Shown here: positions 18,792 through 27,809 of the stretch, piece after piece
Numbering within the stretch: the first letter of the stretch is position 1
Layout: the number at the start of each line of letters is the position of its first letter
Origin: Geobacter sulfurreducens PCA
GTDB taxonomy: Bacteria > Desulfobacterota > Desulfuromonadia > Geobacterales > Geobacteraceae
Direction of reading: 5' to 3'
Assembly (NCBI RefSeq): GCF_000007985.2
Contig: NC_002939.5
Coordinates: forward strand, 2,880,001-2,912,000
DNA length: 32,000 nt
Position numbers and translations under genes: made by a program
The notes under the pieces: generated by a model
Told to the model about the DNA's origin: nothing
Seen by the model: the letters and a program-made list of their open reading frames with translations, nothing else
Databases searched by the model: none

Positions 18792-19595
18792 CTAACGCTT
18801 CCCCACCCCATAGACCACCGTGTAGGTGGCTGGAATTCCATCGGCACCGCCGAAGCGCTCGGCATACGTCCGCATCATCGTTTCCATGACCCGCCTCCCC
18901 GAAAGGCCCCGCCCGGCGACCGGCGAGGCGTTGCCGGCGCCGATCCGCTTCACGGAGCGGAGAAAGGCCGGCACGTCCGGGTGGTATTCCACCTCGTCTT
19001 CATCGAAAACCTCAACCGACCTGAATCCCGCCCGCGCCAGCGCCGCCCGCACCTCGTCCCGCGTAAAGAACCGGTGGGTCCGATCCCGGCCGCCGCGCGG
19101 CACCGAATGGAGAGCGGCCCGGTAGGATGCCTTGAGTTCCTTGAAGGTCCCGTCGCCAAACAGGGCAAAAGCGAACAGCCCGTCATCGGCCAGAACCCTG
19201 CGGGCCTCCGCGAAGGCCCGGTCGAGCGTGGTGAGCCACTGGAAGGTGGAGGTGGAGACTACCAGGTCGAAGACACCGTCGCGAAGGGGAAGATGCTCCG
19301 CATCGGCCACGGCAACCAGGCGCTCCATGGTCCGGCCCAGGTTGTCGCGGGCCTGCCGGGCCATGCCGTGGGCCAGATCAACGCAGGTTATGGCGGCCGA
19401 CGGGTAGCGGTCGGCAAGGCGCAGGGCAAGGGCGCCGGTGCCGGCCCCCACGTCGAGAATCCGGGCCGGCTCGACCCCCTCGGCGAAGAGGAGGGAAAGT
19501 ATCCGCTCCATGACCCGCTTCTGCACCGCGGCATAGGCATCATAGTCGGCGGCCCCCCGGTGGAAGGCGTTGCGGACCTTGCGGCGATCAATCAT
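18792..19595 (-). CDS. bioC: Malonyl-ACP O-methyltransferase
   Basis: 267 aa with [18 protein letters not shown], the SAM motif [12 protein letters not shown] and FQW. It is the last gene of the bioF-bioH-bioC string and overlaps bioH by 8 nt. Confidence 0.8.
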   Translation of the reverse strand: MIDRRKVRNAFHRGAADYDAYAAVQKRVMERILSLLFAEGVEPARILDVGAGTGALALRLADRYPSAAITCVDLAHGMARQARDNLGRTMERLVAVADAEHLPLRDGVFDLVVSTSTFQWLTTLDRAFAEARRVLADDGLFAFALFGDGTFKELKASYRAALHSVPRGGRDRTHRFFTRDEVRAALARAGFRSVEVFDEDEVEYHPDVPAFLRSVKRIGAGNASPVAGRGLSGRRVMETMMRTYAERFGGADGIPATYTVVYGVGKR

Positions 19596-20409
19596 CTCCG
19601 GCCACCTCGCGCAGAAAGCGTGTCACCTCGCTGTTGAATTCCCGGGGACGGGAAAGAAAGGGGGCATGGCCGGTTCCGGCGAACAACAGGAATCGGCCCA
19701 GGGGAAGATGATCCGCCAGATGGGCGCCGGCTTCGAGGGGACAGATGGCGTCCCGGTCGCCGTGAATAACCAGGGTGGGCACTCGAATTTTCTCCAGGAG
19801 GTGGCGCTGGTCGCTTTCCGCCAGGGTGACGAGGGCAGCCTGAGCGGCCGTGGCTGCGGGACGGCGCCACGATGCGGTGATCTCTTGCCCGATGAGCCGT
19901 TCGGATTCGTCAGAGAGTTCCCCCTCTGCGAACATGCTGTGGAAAAAGCCGTCAAGCGCCGCGTCGAACGTGCGCCGCAGACGCAGCCCCAGCCCCCGAC
20001 ATTCGGTGGCGGGGAGACCGTGGAGCCATCCATCCGTTGCCGAGAACCGGGGGGTCGCCCCCACGAGCACGAGCGCGGCAAGGCGGTCTCCCAGCAGCGG
20101 TGCCGCCTCCAGGGCCGCCTGGGCACCGAGGGACCAGCCGACAATCGCGGCCCGTTCCAGGCCAAGCTCGTCAAACAGCACCACGATATCTGCCGCGAAA
20201 TCGGCGAGGCCGTACCCGTCACCCGGCGCCGTGGACCGGCCGTGGCCCCTGAGATCCACGGTGATTACCCGGAACGAGGATGCCAGCGGCCGCTGGAAGG
20301 CCCAGACGCCCCCTTCCATGGCCCAGCCGTGGACGAGCACCAGGGGGAAGCCGTCCCCCTCGTCGTCATAATGAATCGTCAGGTTATGGTCTATTTGAAG
20401 AAACGGCAT
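19588..20409 (-). CDS. bioH: Alpha/beta hydrolase, pimeloyl-ACP methyl ester esterase (BioH-like)
   Basis: LVLVHGWAM and the nucleophile elbow GWSLGA, with a Ser-Asp-His-type C-terminal GHAPF. The ATG at 20409 has GAGG upstream. The call is supported by position between bioF and bioC. Confidence 0.75.
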   Translation of the reverse strand: MPFLQIDHNLTIHYDDEGDGFPLVLVHGWAMEGGVWAFQRPLASSFRVITVDLRGHGRSTAPGDGYGLADFAADIVVLFDELGLERAAIVGWSLGAQAALEAAPLLGDRLAALVLVGATPRFSATDGWLHGLPATECRGLGLRLRRTFDAALDGFFHSMFAEGELSDESERLIGQEITASWRRPAATAAQAALVTLAESDQRHLLEKIRVPTLVIHGDRDAICPLEAGAHLADHLPLGRFLLFAGTGHAPFLSRPREFNSEVTRFLREVAGDD

Positions 20410-20420
20410 GATACCTCGGG

Positions 20421-21596
20421 TCACACAATGCCCAGTTCTTTGCCGATCCGCGCCATGGCGGCCACGGCGCGCTCCAGGTCGGACTCGTCGTGGGTCGCCA
20501 TGAGAGTACAGCGGAGACGGCAGGTGCCGGCCGGCACCGTGGGGGGGCGAATGCCCTGGACGTAGAATCCCTCCTCAAGGAGCCGCCGGGTAAAGGTCAT
20601 GGCCGGTTCGGCCTCGCCCACGAGGGCAGGAACGATCTGGGTTTCGCTCCCCATGGTGTCGAAGCCGGCCTCCTGCAGCGCGTCCCGGAACAGAGCGGCG
20701 GAGCGGGCCAGACGGCGACGCAGCGCTTTACCTTCGGGGGAGTCAACCAAGTCCAGGGCGGCCCGGGCCGCTGCCAGGACCGCCGGGGGGAGCGACGTGG
20801 AGAAGATGAAGCTGCGGGCCCGGTTTATGAGCAGTTCCACCACCTCGGCGGAGGCGGCGACATAGGCACCGAAGCCACCAAGGGCCTTGCCGAGGGTCCC
20901 CATCTGGAGATCGATGTCGGCCGCCACCTCGAACTGTTCGGCGCTCCCCCGCCCGCTCTCCCCCAGCACCCCGGTGCCGTGAGCGTCGTCCACCATAAGC
21001 AGCGCGCCGTACTGCCGCTTGAGCGCCACCAATGCGGGGAGCGGGGCCAGATCGCCGTCCATGCTGAAGACGCCGTCGGTGACGATGAGCATGCGGCCGG
21101 CGCCCCGGTGCTCGGCCAGGAGCCGCTCCAGGGCGTTCATGTCGTTGTGGGGGTAGCGAACGAACCGGGCGCGGGAGAGCAGGCATCCGTCCACGATGCT
21201 TGCATGATTGAGCCGGTCCGAGAACACCACGTCGCCCCGGCCGACCAGGGCAGGGATGATGCCGCTGTTGGCCGCGTACCCCGAATTGAAGACCAGCGCC
21301 GCCTCGGTCCCCTTGAACCGGGCAAGCCGTTCCTCCAGGGCTGCATGGAGTTCCATGGTGCCGGAGACGAGCCGCGAGGCTCCGCTGCCCGTGCCGTAGC
21401 GCTCCACGGCCTCCACGGCCGCCCGTTTGAGGCTGGGGTGGTCGGCCAGTCCCAGGTAATTGTTGGAGCAGAGGAGCACCACCTCCCTCCCCTCCGCCAC
21501 GACCCGACTCCCTTGGCTCCCTGCGACGGTCCGCAGGCTCCGGTAAAGGCCCTGTTCCCTGAGTTGCTGCAATTCTCCGGCAATGCTTCGCGTCAC
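20421..21596 (-). CDS. bioF: 8-amino-7-oxononanoate synthase
   Basis: PLP-dependent acyl-CoA transferase motifs: [24 protein letters not shown], and the lysine motif GTLGKALG. I placed the start at the GTG at 21596, preceded by GGGAGGA with a 4-nt spacer. This gives 391 aa, typical for BioF. Confidence 0.88.
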   Translation of the reverse strand: MTRSIAGELQQLREQGLYRSLRTVAGSQGSRVVAEGREVVLLCSNNYLGLADHPSLKRAAVEAVERYGTGSGASRLVSGTMELHAALEERLARFKGTEAALVFNSGYAANSGIIPALVGRGDVVFSDRLNHASIVDGCLLSRARFVRYPHNDMNALERLLAEHRGAGRMLIVTDGVFSMDGDLAPLPALVALKRQYGALLMVDDAHGTGVLGESGRGSAEQFEVAADIDLQMGTLGKALGGFGAYVAASAEVVELLINRARSFIFSTSLPPAVLAAARAALDLVDSPEGKALRRRLARSAALFRDALQEAGFDTMGSETQIVPALVGEAEPAMTFTRRLLEEGFYVQGIRPPTVPAGTCRLRCTLMATHDESDLERAVAAMARIGKELGIV

Positions 21597-21628
21597 GCTG
21601 TCCTCCCGGCATTTTCCCCAGGAGTCAA

Positions 21629-21658
21629 TTTTTAGCACAGTGTCCCCCGAATCGTCAA
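21629..21658 (-). promoter_or_regulatory. Candidate sigma70 promoter of bioF (TTGACG-18 nt-TAAAAA)
   Basis: The minus strand reads TTGACGattcgggggacactgtgcTAAAAA. The -35 overlaps one arm of the palindrome at 21652-21683. Confidence 0.4.
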
Positions 21659-21683
21659 CCAAGCCGAGAATACAGGTTGACAA
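21652..21683. promoter_or_regulatory. BirA-type biotin operator candidate: TCGTCAACC-N14-GGTTGACAA
   Basis: Perfect 7-bp arms GTCAACC (21654-21660) and GGTTGAC (21675-21681) with a 14-nt spacer. The same half-site and spacing class is seen in the E. coli bioO pattern TGTAAACC-N16-GGTTTACA. It lies between the divergent bioF and metallophosphoesterase promoters. Confidence 0.55.
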
Positions 21684-21693
21684 TGGTCATGGC

Positions 21694-21723
21694 TTTACTC
21701 TCCGGATTCCCCCGTGCTATAAA
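21694..21723 (+). promoter_or_regulatory. Candidate extended -10 sigma70 promoter (TTTACT-18 nt-TGcTATAAA)
   Basis: TTTACT at 21694-21699, TG at 21715-21716 and TATAAA at 21718-21723. It lies 40 nt upstream of the GTG at 21763. Confidence 0.45.
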
Positions 21724-21762
21724 AAATGCATCCAATCAATTATTTCCCGGTCAGGAGCCACG

Positions 21763-22446
21763 GTGAACCATACGACCCATTCCCGCCGTTTCGTCATCCC
21801 CGACATCCATGGATGCGCTCTGACCCTTGACCGGCTTCTGTCCGGGGTCCTGGGCCTGACGCGCCGGGATGACCTCTACCTGCTGGGGGATTACATCGAC
21901 CGGGGCCCCCGGAGCCGCGAGGTCATGGACCTGCTCATCTCCCTGTCGCTCAAGGGCTACCGGGTTCACACACTGCGGGGCAACCACGAGGAAATGTTCC
22001 TGAACAGCTGCCGGGACCGGAACGCCTTCAGGCTCTGGACGCTGAACGGCGGTCTCGCCACCCTCGAAAGCTTCGGCGTCGAGGACGCCTGCGAGATCCC
22101 CGCCCACTATCACCGCTTCATGGAGCAGATGCCCTGCTACCTGGTGCTGTCGGATTTCGTGCTGGTCCACGCAAGCCTCGACTTCTCGCTCCCCGACCCG
22201 TTCGCCAATCGGGAGGCGATGCTCTGGAGCCGCTCCCTGGAGGTGCGCAGGGAACGGCTCGGCGGGCGCCGGGTCATCGGCGGCCACACCCCCATGAACC
22301 GGCAGGAGATCGAGCGGGGGCTGGCCACGGACCGGATCGTCCTCGACAACGGCTGCGTCTACCCGGAGCGGCCGGGGATGGGATCCCTGACGGCCCTGGA
22401 ACTCGACACCATGACGCTCCATTTCCAGGAGAACATCGACCAATGA
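21763..22446 (+). CDS. Calcineurin-like metallophosphoesterase (PrpA/PrpE/ApaH-type Ser/Thr phosphatase or dinucleoside polyphosphatase family)
   Basis: Motifs [25 protein letters not shown] and GGHTP. The GTG at 21763 is preceded by AGGAG with a 5-nt spacer. The ORF-track start at 21583 would overlap bioF and its promoter region. Confidence 0.8.
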   Translation: MNHTTHSRRFVIPDIHGCALTLDRLLSGVLGLTRRDDLYLLGDYIDRGPRSREVMDLLISLSLKGYRVHTLRGNHEEMFLNSCRDRNAFRLWTLNGGLATLESFGVEDACEIPAHYHRFMEQMPCYLVLSDFVLVHASLDFSLPDPFANREAMLWSRSLEVRRERLGGRRVIGGHTPMNRQEIERGLATDRIVLDNGCVYPERPGMGSLTALELDTMTLHFQENIDQ

Positions 22447-22859
22447 AACACTTCCGCAAGGAACTCTGGTTCGAGACACGCCAGCGCCGCCAGTTCATCA
22501 ACATTACCCCGACGGTGCGGGAATGTCTGCGGGAAAGCGGCATCCGTGAGGGGCTGCTCCTCTGCAATGCCATGCACATCACGGCAAGCGTCTTTATCAA
22601 CGACGACGAGTCGGGGCTCCACCACGACTTCGAGGTCTGGCTGGAGGGGCTTGCTCCCGAAAAACCCTATGATCGTTACCGTCACAACGGTTACGAGGAC
22701 AACGCCGATGCCCACCTGAAACGGACGGTTATGGGCCGGGAGGTGGTGGTTGCGGTCACGGCCGGCGAACTGGACCTGGGGCCGTGGGAGCAGATCTTCT
22801 ACGGAGAGTTCGACGGCAAGCGCCGCAAGCGTGTGCTGATAAAAATTATCGGCGAGTGA
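22443..22859 (+). CDS. yjbQ: YjbQ/UPF0047 family protein (secondary thiamine-phosphate synthase-like)
   Basis: 138 aa with [41 protein letters not shown]...ADAHLK...[13 protein letters not shown], the UPF0047 signature. Its ATG overlaps the upstream stop (ATGA). Confidence 0.8.
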   Translation: MKHFRKELWFETRQRRQFINITPTVRECLRESGIREGLLLCNAMHITASVFINDDESGLHHDFEVWLEGLAPEKPYDRYRHNGYEDNADAHLKRTVMGREVVVAVTAGELDLGPWEQIFYGEFDGKRRKRVLIKIIGE

Positions 22860-22867
22860 CCCTGCGT

Positions 22868-22883
22868 CGGCCAAAAGATTGCA
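22868..22883 (+). promoter_or_regulatory. Weaker sigma54-like element upstream of the GGDEF gene
   Basis: CGGCCAAAAGATTGCA. GG (22869-22870) and GC (22881-22882) are at consensus spacing and the -12 TTGCA is perfect. The -24 box deviates (CGGCCA versus TGGCAC). Confidence 0.3.
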
Positions 22884-22937
22884 TATTTCTCATCCTGTCC
22901 GATCCCTCTGACCACCTGTCCAAGGAGCAGCGCCCGG

Positions 22938-24173
22938 GTGAACACCCTGACGGCAAAACATTTCATCATCTTCGTGATTCCCGCTGCGCTTCTGGCGGCA
23001 ACCTTCTGGTTCATGCCCCGGGTGCCGGAGCTGCCCCCGGCACGACTTGAGCTACTCCCCCATCTCCCCTATCCGGCGATTGCCCTCGGCGCCATTCTCT
23101 CCATCCACTTCCACCGGGGACGGGCATTGTTCGTCTTTTTACTGCTGGCTGTCTCGTACTGGAGCTTTCAGGGGAATGCGACGGAACTCCCCAGGGGAAT
23201 CGAGGCCACGGTGCTCTACCAGGCCGTCACCCTGCTCGTGCCGCTCAACATCGCCCTGTTCTCGCTCATGCGGGAACGCGGAATCGTTACGGTAGCGGGG
23301 CGAATCCGCTTCGCATTCCTGGGGCTCCAGGCACTGCTCGTCTGGTGGGCCATGACACCGGGGCACGTGGCGGTCCAGCAGCTGCTGGCGGGTCATTTGA
23401 GCGCTGCCGGTGTGGTCGCCGGGTCTCCTCTCCCACCTCCGGCCATCCCGGCAATAGTCCTCTCGGGCTTGCTGGTGGCGGCGCGGGCAGGACTGAAACA
23501 GTCTCCCGTGGACAGCGCGTTCCTGGGGGTCCTGGTGGCCTTTGCCGTGGCGGGCAACGGCATCGCCCACCCCCATGTCACCCCGGTCTTCATGACTGCC
23601 GCGGCAGTTATCCTCTCACTCGGCGTGCTCAAGGATTCCTACAACATGGCGTTCCGGGACGAGTTGACGGGTCTCCCGTCCCGCCGGGCGCTCAGCGAGC
23701 AGCTTACCTGGCTGGGCCGGCGCTACAGCGTTGCCATGGTTGACGTCGACCACTTCAAAAAGTTCAACGACACCTACGGACACGACGTGGGGGATCAGGT
23801 GCTCCGGCTGGTGGCGGCAAAACTGCGCGGCGTGGGAGGTGGGGGCAAGGCCTACCGCTACGGCGGCGAAGAGTTCACCATCCTTTTCCCCCATCGGTCG
23901 CGGGAAGAGGTCCTCGGCCGCCTGGAAGAGTTGCGACGGGCCATCGCCGATTACCAGATGCGCCTGCGCTCCTCGGACCGGCCCGCCTCAAGCAGGGAGG
24001 GAAAGAGGCAGCGCTCCGGCATGCCCCAAGGGCGCGGCTGCGTCTCGGTAACCATCAGCATCGGCGTGGCTGAAAGCAGCAGCGAACTTCGCCGGCCCGC
24101 CGATGTCATCAAGGCGGCCGACGACGCCCTCTACCGCGCCAAGGGGCGCGGCCGCAACCAGGTGAGCACCTGA
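22938..24173 (+). CDS. Membrane-bound diguanylate cyclase (about 6-7 TM N-terminal domain plus GGDEF domain)
   Basis: The N-terminal ~230 aa are hydrophobic, followed by DELTGLPSRRAL, DVDHFKKFNDTYGHDVGD and the active site RYGGEEF. There is no RxxD I-site directly upstream of GGEEF. A 25-aa basic/Ser-rich insertion precedes the last strands. The GTG start has AAGGAG 10 nt upstream. Confidence 0.85.
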   Translation: MNTLTAKHFIIFVIPAALLAATFWFMPRVPELPPARLELLPHLPYPAIALGAILSIHFHRGRALFVFLLLAVSYWSFQGNATELPRGIEATVLYQAVTLLVPLNIALFSLMRERGIVTVAGRIRFAFLGLQALLVWWAMTPGHVAVQQLLAGHLSAAGVVAGSPLPPPAIPAIVLSGLLVAARAGLKQSPVDSAFLGVLVAFAVAGNGIAHPHVTPVFMTAAAVILSLGVLKDSYNMAFRDELTGLPSRRALSEQLTWLGRRYSVAMVDVDHFKKFNDTYGHDVGDQVLRLVAAKLRGVGGGGKAYRYGGEEFTILFPHRSREEVLGRLEELRRAIADYQMRLRSSDRPASSREGKRQRSGMPQGRGCVSVTISIGVAESSSELRRPADVIKAADDALYRAKGRGRNQVST

Positions 24174-24220
24174 CCCGGCAGAAGCCCCGGCTCTCCGCCT
24201 GCACCTGTCCTCCCCCGTGA

Positions 24221-24248
24221 TTGCATTCTTCCGGCCGGCCGCTATACT
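24221..24248 (+). promoter_or_regulatory. Candidate sigma70 promoter of the lipoprotein gene (TTGCAT-16 nt-TATACT)
   Basis: Read directly from the sequence. It lies 51 nt upstream of the ATG at 24299. Confidence 0.45.
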
Positions 24249-24298
24249 TTTTCCTTGTCACCCCACATCATCACCCGGCAACGGCAAGGAGGCATTCC

Positions 24299-24916
24299 AT
24301 GAAAAGCGGATTCATAGCGGCGTTTACCCTGGCAGCATTTACCATCACTTCGCTTACCGGGTGCGTGACGGTATCCGAAGAGCACAAGGGAGCGGCAAAG
24401 GGAGCCGGCTACGGAGCGGCGGCGGGCGCCATCGCAGGAGCGGTGCTTGCCGGCGAGGGATCACGCACCAAGGGGGCTGTCCTCGGCGGCCTTGCGGGCG
24501 CCCTCATCGGAGGACTCATCGGCAACTACACCATCGACCGCAAGTACACCGCGGAGCAGACCGCGACCCGGTACAACTACCAACCCGCCTCGGGCACCAT
24601 GGTGCGGATAGAGAATATCACCACTACGCCCACGAGCGTCAATGCTGGCGAAAAAGTGGAAATCCAGACCACCTACGCCCTGCTGACCCCTTCCGCCACG
24701 GCCCAGACCAACGTGACCGAGTCGGTTGAGATTCGCTACGGCGGCGACCTCGTCGGCAACCCTGAAGCCACCGTCGCCCACACGGGAGGCACCTACACCT
24801 CAACCATCCCGATCATCCTGCCGGCGGATGCCAAAAAGGGAAGCTACAAGGTGATCGCCACCGTCAAGACCGACTCGGGGAAAGATACGCGCGAGACGTC
24901 CTTTACGGTGCGCTAA
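24299..24916 (+). CDS. Glycine-zipper outer-membrane lipoprotein with C-terminal beta-rich domain
   Basis: MKSGFIAAFTLAAFTITSLTGC is a lipoprotein signal with an LTGC lipobox. A glycine zipper follows (GAGYGAAAGAIAGAVLAG...GGLAGALIGGLIGN), then a T/V-rich, beta-strand-like C-terminus. AAGGAGG RBS at 24286-24292. Confidence 0.8.
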   Translation: MKSGFIAAFTLAAFTITSLTGCVTVSEEHKGAAKGAGYGAAAGAIAGAVLAGEGSRTKGAVLGGLAGALIGGLIGNYTIDRKYTAEQTATRYNYQPASGTMVRIENITTTPTSVNAGEKVEIQTTYALLTPSATAQTNVTESVEIRYGGDLVGNPEATVAHTGGTYTSTIPIILPADAKKGSYKVIATVKTDSGKDTRETSFTVR

Positions 24917-24939
24917 GGCTCCTTCGATAGCATCCACGC

Positions 24940-24985
24940 AAAAAAGCGGGACCCGGCAGCAAACGGCGCCGGGTCCCGCTTTTTT
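24940..24985. terminator. Bidirectional Rho-independent terminator
   Basis: AAAAAA-GCGGGACCCGGC-(10-nt loop)-GCCGGGTCCCGC-TTTTTT. The 12-bp perfect stem is flanked by an A-run and a T-run. It lies between the convergent genes ending at 24916 (+) and 25007 (-). Confidence 0.9.
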
Positions 24986-25006
24986 CTTCCGTCACGCGGC
25001 TGACCG

Positions 25007-25342
25007 TCAGTCGCCGTATTCGCGTCCCCAGGTATCCCTGAAGGTGATGTGATGCAGGTCATTCTGGGCCTTGACATCCTCAAGGATCGTCTGGGCTTCA
25101 TCATAGGTGAAGCCGACGCTCGGACGCACCCCCATCCAGTGGGTGGTATCGCCCGACGGGTTATCCAGTGGACGCGGCAGGGGGGGGCCGGGCTTATAGC
25201 GACCGTTCAGGAAAAGGGCCGCCTCGTACTGCCGATGGCGCTTCACCATCCGCACATCCACCAGGAACCCGTTTTTGGTTTCTTTGGACAGGATCGACTC
25301 ATGGACGTCCATATCGCTGGGCACATCGAAAAACTCAGGCAT
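25007..25342 (-). CDS. Hypothetical protein (111 aa), no recognisable motif
   Basis: GC3-rich codon usage. GGGGGAAGCA lies upstream of the ATG, 37 nt downstream of the hemerythrin stop. No TM helix or signal peptide. Confidence 0.6.
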   Translation of the reverse strand: MPEFFDVPSDMDVHESILSKETKNGFLVDVRMVKRHRQYEAALFLNGRYKPGPPLPRPLDNPSGDTTHWMGVRPSVGFTYDEAQTILEDVKAQNDLHHITFRDTWGREYGD

Positions 25343-25379
25343 TGCTTCCCCCGATAGCGTGGTAGTGGGTCAGGTTTTC

Positions 25380-25799
25380 TTACTGTCTCATATCGGCAAG
25401 TTGCCCTGATTTCTTGAGCAAAAACTCACTCATGGCGGCATCGACGTTGCGGATGTGCGTCTTGAGCCAGTCAATGAGCACCTGATTCACCCTCAGCACT
25501 AAATCCCGCGTTGCTCCCGACTCCACCAGCTCGGCCTTCAACCGTTCCAGGTTGGTGCGAAAGATGAGATGCTCGGCCCGATGTTTCTCGTACTCGGGGT
25601 ACCCTCCCTCTCGCTGGAGACGCTCCTCGGCTTCGAAGTGAGTATCGACGTAGCCGTCGAGGAACACGATCATCTCCATGACCTCCTCCAGCTCCCGCCC
25701 AACCATACAGGCGTCGAGAAGCTTTTCAAGCTGGGCGAAGAGCGCCCGGTGCTGGGTGTCAATTTCCCAGATGCCCACTGTCAAATCATCGGTCCACAT
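25380..25799 (-). CDS. Bacteriohemerythrin (hemerythrin-like metal-binding protein)
   Basis: MWTDDLTVGIWEIDTQHRALF...HFEAEERL...KHRAEH...DWLKTHIRNVD carries the H/E/D iron ligand pattern of hemerythrins. The ATG at 25799 has AAGGAGG upstream. Confidence 0.85.
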   Translation of the reverse strand: MWTDDLTVGIWEIDTQHRALFAQLEKLLDACMVGRELEEVMEMIVFLDGYVDTHFEAEERLQREGGYPEYEKHRAEHLIFRTNLERLKAELVESGATRDLVLRVNQVLIDWLKTHIRNVDAAMSEFLLKKSGQLADMRQ

Positions 25800-25841
25800 G
25801 GCCCCTCCTTCTGAAAAAATGGCTCGCACCATGTCGTTCAA

Positions 25842-25857
25842 AGCAAAAGCGGGGCCA
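25842..25857 (-). promoter_or_regulatory. Candidate sigma54 (-24/-12) promoter of the hemerythrin gene
   Basis: The minus strand reads TGGCCCCGCTTTTGCT. TGGC and TTGCT have exact consensus spacing (GG at 25856-25855, GC at 25844-25843). It lies about 45 nt upstream of the ATG at 25799, in the 72-nt gap after the GH13 gene. Confidence 0.45.
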
Positions 25858-25871
25858 TTATCCCGATTGTA

Positions 25872-27725
25872 TTATCGCTTCTGGAACAGTACGAAGCCGG
25901 CCGCCGGCACCGTAAGCTCTACGGCCCGAATGGCGGGACCGGCATCCCGCACCCTCACCCTTCGACGGACCTGACCCGGGTCCGTCGAGTAGCGGCAGAA
26001 GAAAACGTCCCCCGGCCGGTGAAGGGAGCCGTCCACGAGCACCAGTGCGGTGCGCGGATGGTCAGGGTCGGTGTTGATGGCGAGAACTATCTCTTCGGTG
26101 TCGAAGATCCGCGACCAGGCCACCACGGAGCGGATCTCGCCACCGATGACGTAGGGAAGCCCGAAGTTCACTCCATCGCCGGAGATCTCCCGCAGATACT
26201 GGCGCCCCCGGCGCAGGGCGATGATGTCACGGCGCAGGGCAAGGACCTTGGCACACTCCCGGTAGACCGGATTATCCTCGTCGAAGAAGTGGACCCCGCG
26301 GCTGCGAAAGGCGCCGAAGGGGCCGCCGAACATGCATTCGCGCAGGTAGCGGTCGTCCCCCCCTTCGCCGTCAAAGGCCTGCTCGGTACCGTAGTAGATG
26401 CAGGGGATGCCGAGGGTGGTGGCATTGAGGGCCAGGGCGTTTGGCACCAGCTTGCGCCACGTGGGATCGCCGGCGCAGAACCGCTCTTTCTTGGCGCCGC
26501 GGCAGACCTGGTCGTGGTCGTCGATAACCGTCACCACCTTGTCGCGGAACCAGATGTGGGACTCCTTGCGCACCAGCAGGGAGTTGCGGAAGAGATCGAA
26601 GTAGTCGGCCGGGTTGGCCTTTCCCTTCACCAGATCTTCCAGGCGCAGCGGAATGTCGTCCACCCCCAGCGCGGCGTTGAGGCCGGTGGTCTCCAGGGTG
26701 TCGAAGGCATTGACCCGGCCGCCGGTGATCTCACCGATGAGATAGAAATTCTCCTTGCCGATCCTCTGGGCGAATTCGTGGATGGTGGAGGCGAAAAAAC
26801 GGGTGGCCCCGGGGCCCATATGCTTTACGGTGTCTATCCGGTAGCCGTCCAGGTCGGCGTAGGCGATCCAGTACTTGTACACCTCGCAAAGTGCCAGGAG
26901 CGCCGGGGACGGACTGAACGAATCCACGTCCCCGTCGCCCAGGTGAATATCCTTCAGGTCGAAGAAATCACCATCCAGGTATTCGTGATAACGGTCCCAA
27001 TCCCGGATGTATCCTTTGCGCGTGAAGCACTCCGGCGCCTGCAGTTCCCGGGGCCAGACCGCACCGTCGGGCCAGGCTTCGGCGGGGGCCGGTGAACCGA
27101 CGGGGCCGAAGGGAAGCGACGGAGTGCCGTCGGCCGTGCGGAATCCCGTCACCGGGTAGCTGGTGCCGCCGTCGTAGGGGGTGTATCCCCGGTCGTAGGC
27201 GAACACGTTCCCCGCATGATTGAGAATGATGTCGAGGATGACGTAAATGCCGTTGGCGTGGGCCACGCGGACTAGTTCCCGCAGGTCGTCGCGAGTGCCG
27301 AAGTGGGGGTCCACGTCCAGGAAGTTCTGGATACCGTAACCGTGGTAGGTGGGGACAAATGAGCACTGCTTGAACAGGGGGCTGACCCAGACCGCGGTCA
27401 CCCCCAATCGCCGGAGATACCCCATCTTGTCCATGAGGCCCTTCAGGTTCCCGCCGCACCAGCGGGTGCCGGCCTCGCGCCAGGCCGCTGCCTCGGGCTC
27501 GGTGGCGATGGCGTTGCCCGCATCGGCCGGGCGGTACAGCGGGGTGGCGCCCCGGTTCGTGCGCCGTCCCCGGTTGTCCCGGTAGCCCGTCTCGTTGCCG
27601 TCGGAAAAGCGGTCGAGCAGCAGGAAGTAGAGCACCTCGTCCTCCCAGGCTGACGGGGAAGGGTGAAAGGTGCGATTGCAGAGGCGTTCCAGATCCAGGT
27701 CCCTGATCGATTGCGGTGCCGTCAT
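25872..27725 (-). CDS. Alpha-amylase family (GH13) glycoside hydrolase, apparently cytoplasmic
   Basis: 617 aa carrying the GH13 conserved regions DIILNHAG, GYRIDTVKH, LIGEITGG and VIDDHD. No signal peptide. AAGGAGG RBS. Confidence 0.85.
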   Translation of the reverse strand: MTAPQSIRDLDLERLCNRTFHPSPSAWEDEVLYFLLLDRFSDGNETGYRDNRGRRTNRGATPLYRPADAGNAIATEPEAAAWREAGTRWCGGNLKGLMDKMGYLRRLGVTAVWVSPLFKQCSFVPTYHGYGIQNFLDVDPHFGTRDDLRELVRVAHANGIYVILDIILNHAGNVFAYDRGYTPYDGGTSYPVTGFRTADGTPSLPFGPVGSPAPAEAWPDGAVWPRELQAPECFTRKGYIRDWDRYHEYLDGDFFDLKDIHLGDGDVDSFSPSPALLALCEVYKYWIAYADLDGYRIDTVKHMGPGATRFFASTIHEFAQRIGKENFYLIGEITGGRVNAFDTLETTGLNAALGVDDIPLRLEDLVKGKANPADYFDLFRNSLLVRKESHIWFRDKVVTVIDDHDQVCRGAKKERFCAGDPTWRKLVPNALALNATTLGIPCIYYGTEQAFDGEGGDDRYLRECMFGGPFGAFRSRGVHFFDEDNPVYRECAKVLALRRDIIALRRGRQYLREISGDGVNFGLPYVIGGEIRSVVAWSRIFDTEEIVLAINTDPDHPRTALVLVDGSLHRPGDVFFCRYSTDPGQVRRRVRVRDAGPAIRAVELTVPAAGFVLFQKR

Positions 27726-27750
27726 GGCGTGATCCTCCTTGTTCCGCTGA

Positions 27751-27785
27751 AAGAGAAAAGCCCTCTCCCGACAAGGGGAGAGGGC
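27751..27785 (-). terminator. Rho-independent terminator after the quinone oxidoreductase gene
   Basis: The minus strand reads GCCCTCTCCC-CTTGTC-GGGAGAGGGC followed by TTTTCTCTTT. The stem has 10 bp. Confidence 0.85.
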
Positions 27786-27809
27786 CTGAAACAGCCGGTG
27801 AATCGAACG

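Noticed and set aside
19570-21635. Plus-strand ORFs of 331 and 381 aa antisense to bioH and bioF
   Set aside because: These are shadow ORFs of GC-rich genes with clear PLP-enzyme and alpha/beta-hydrolase motifs on the other strand.
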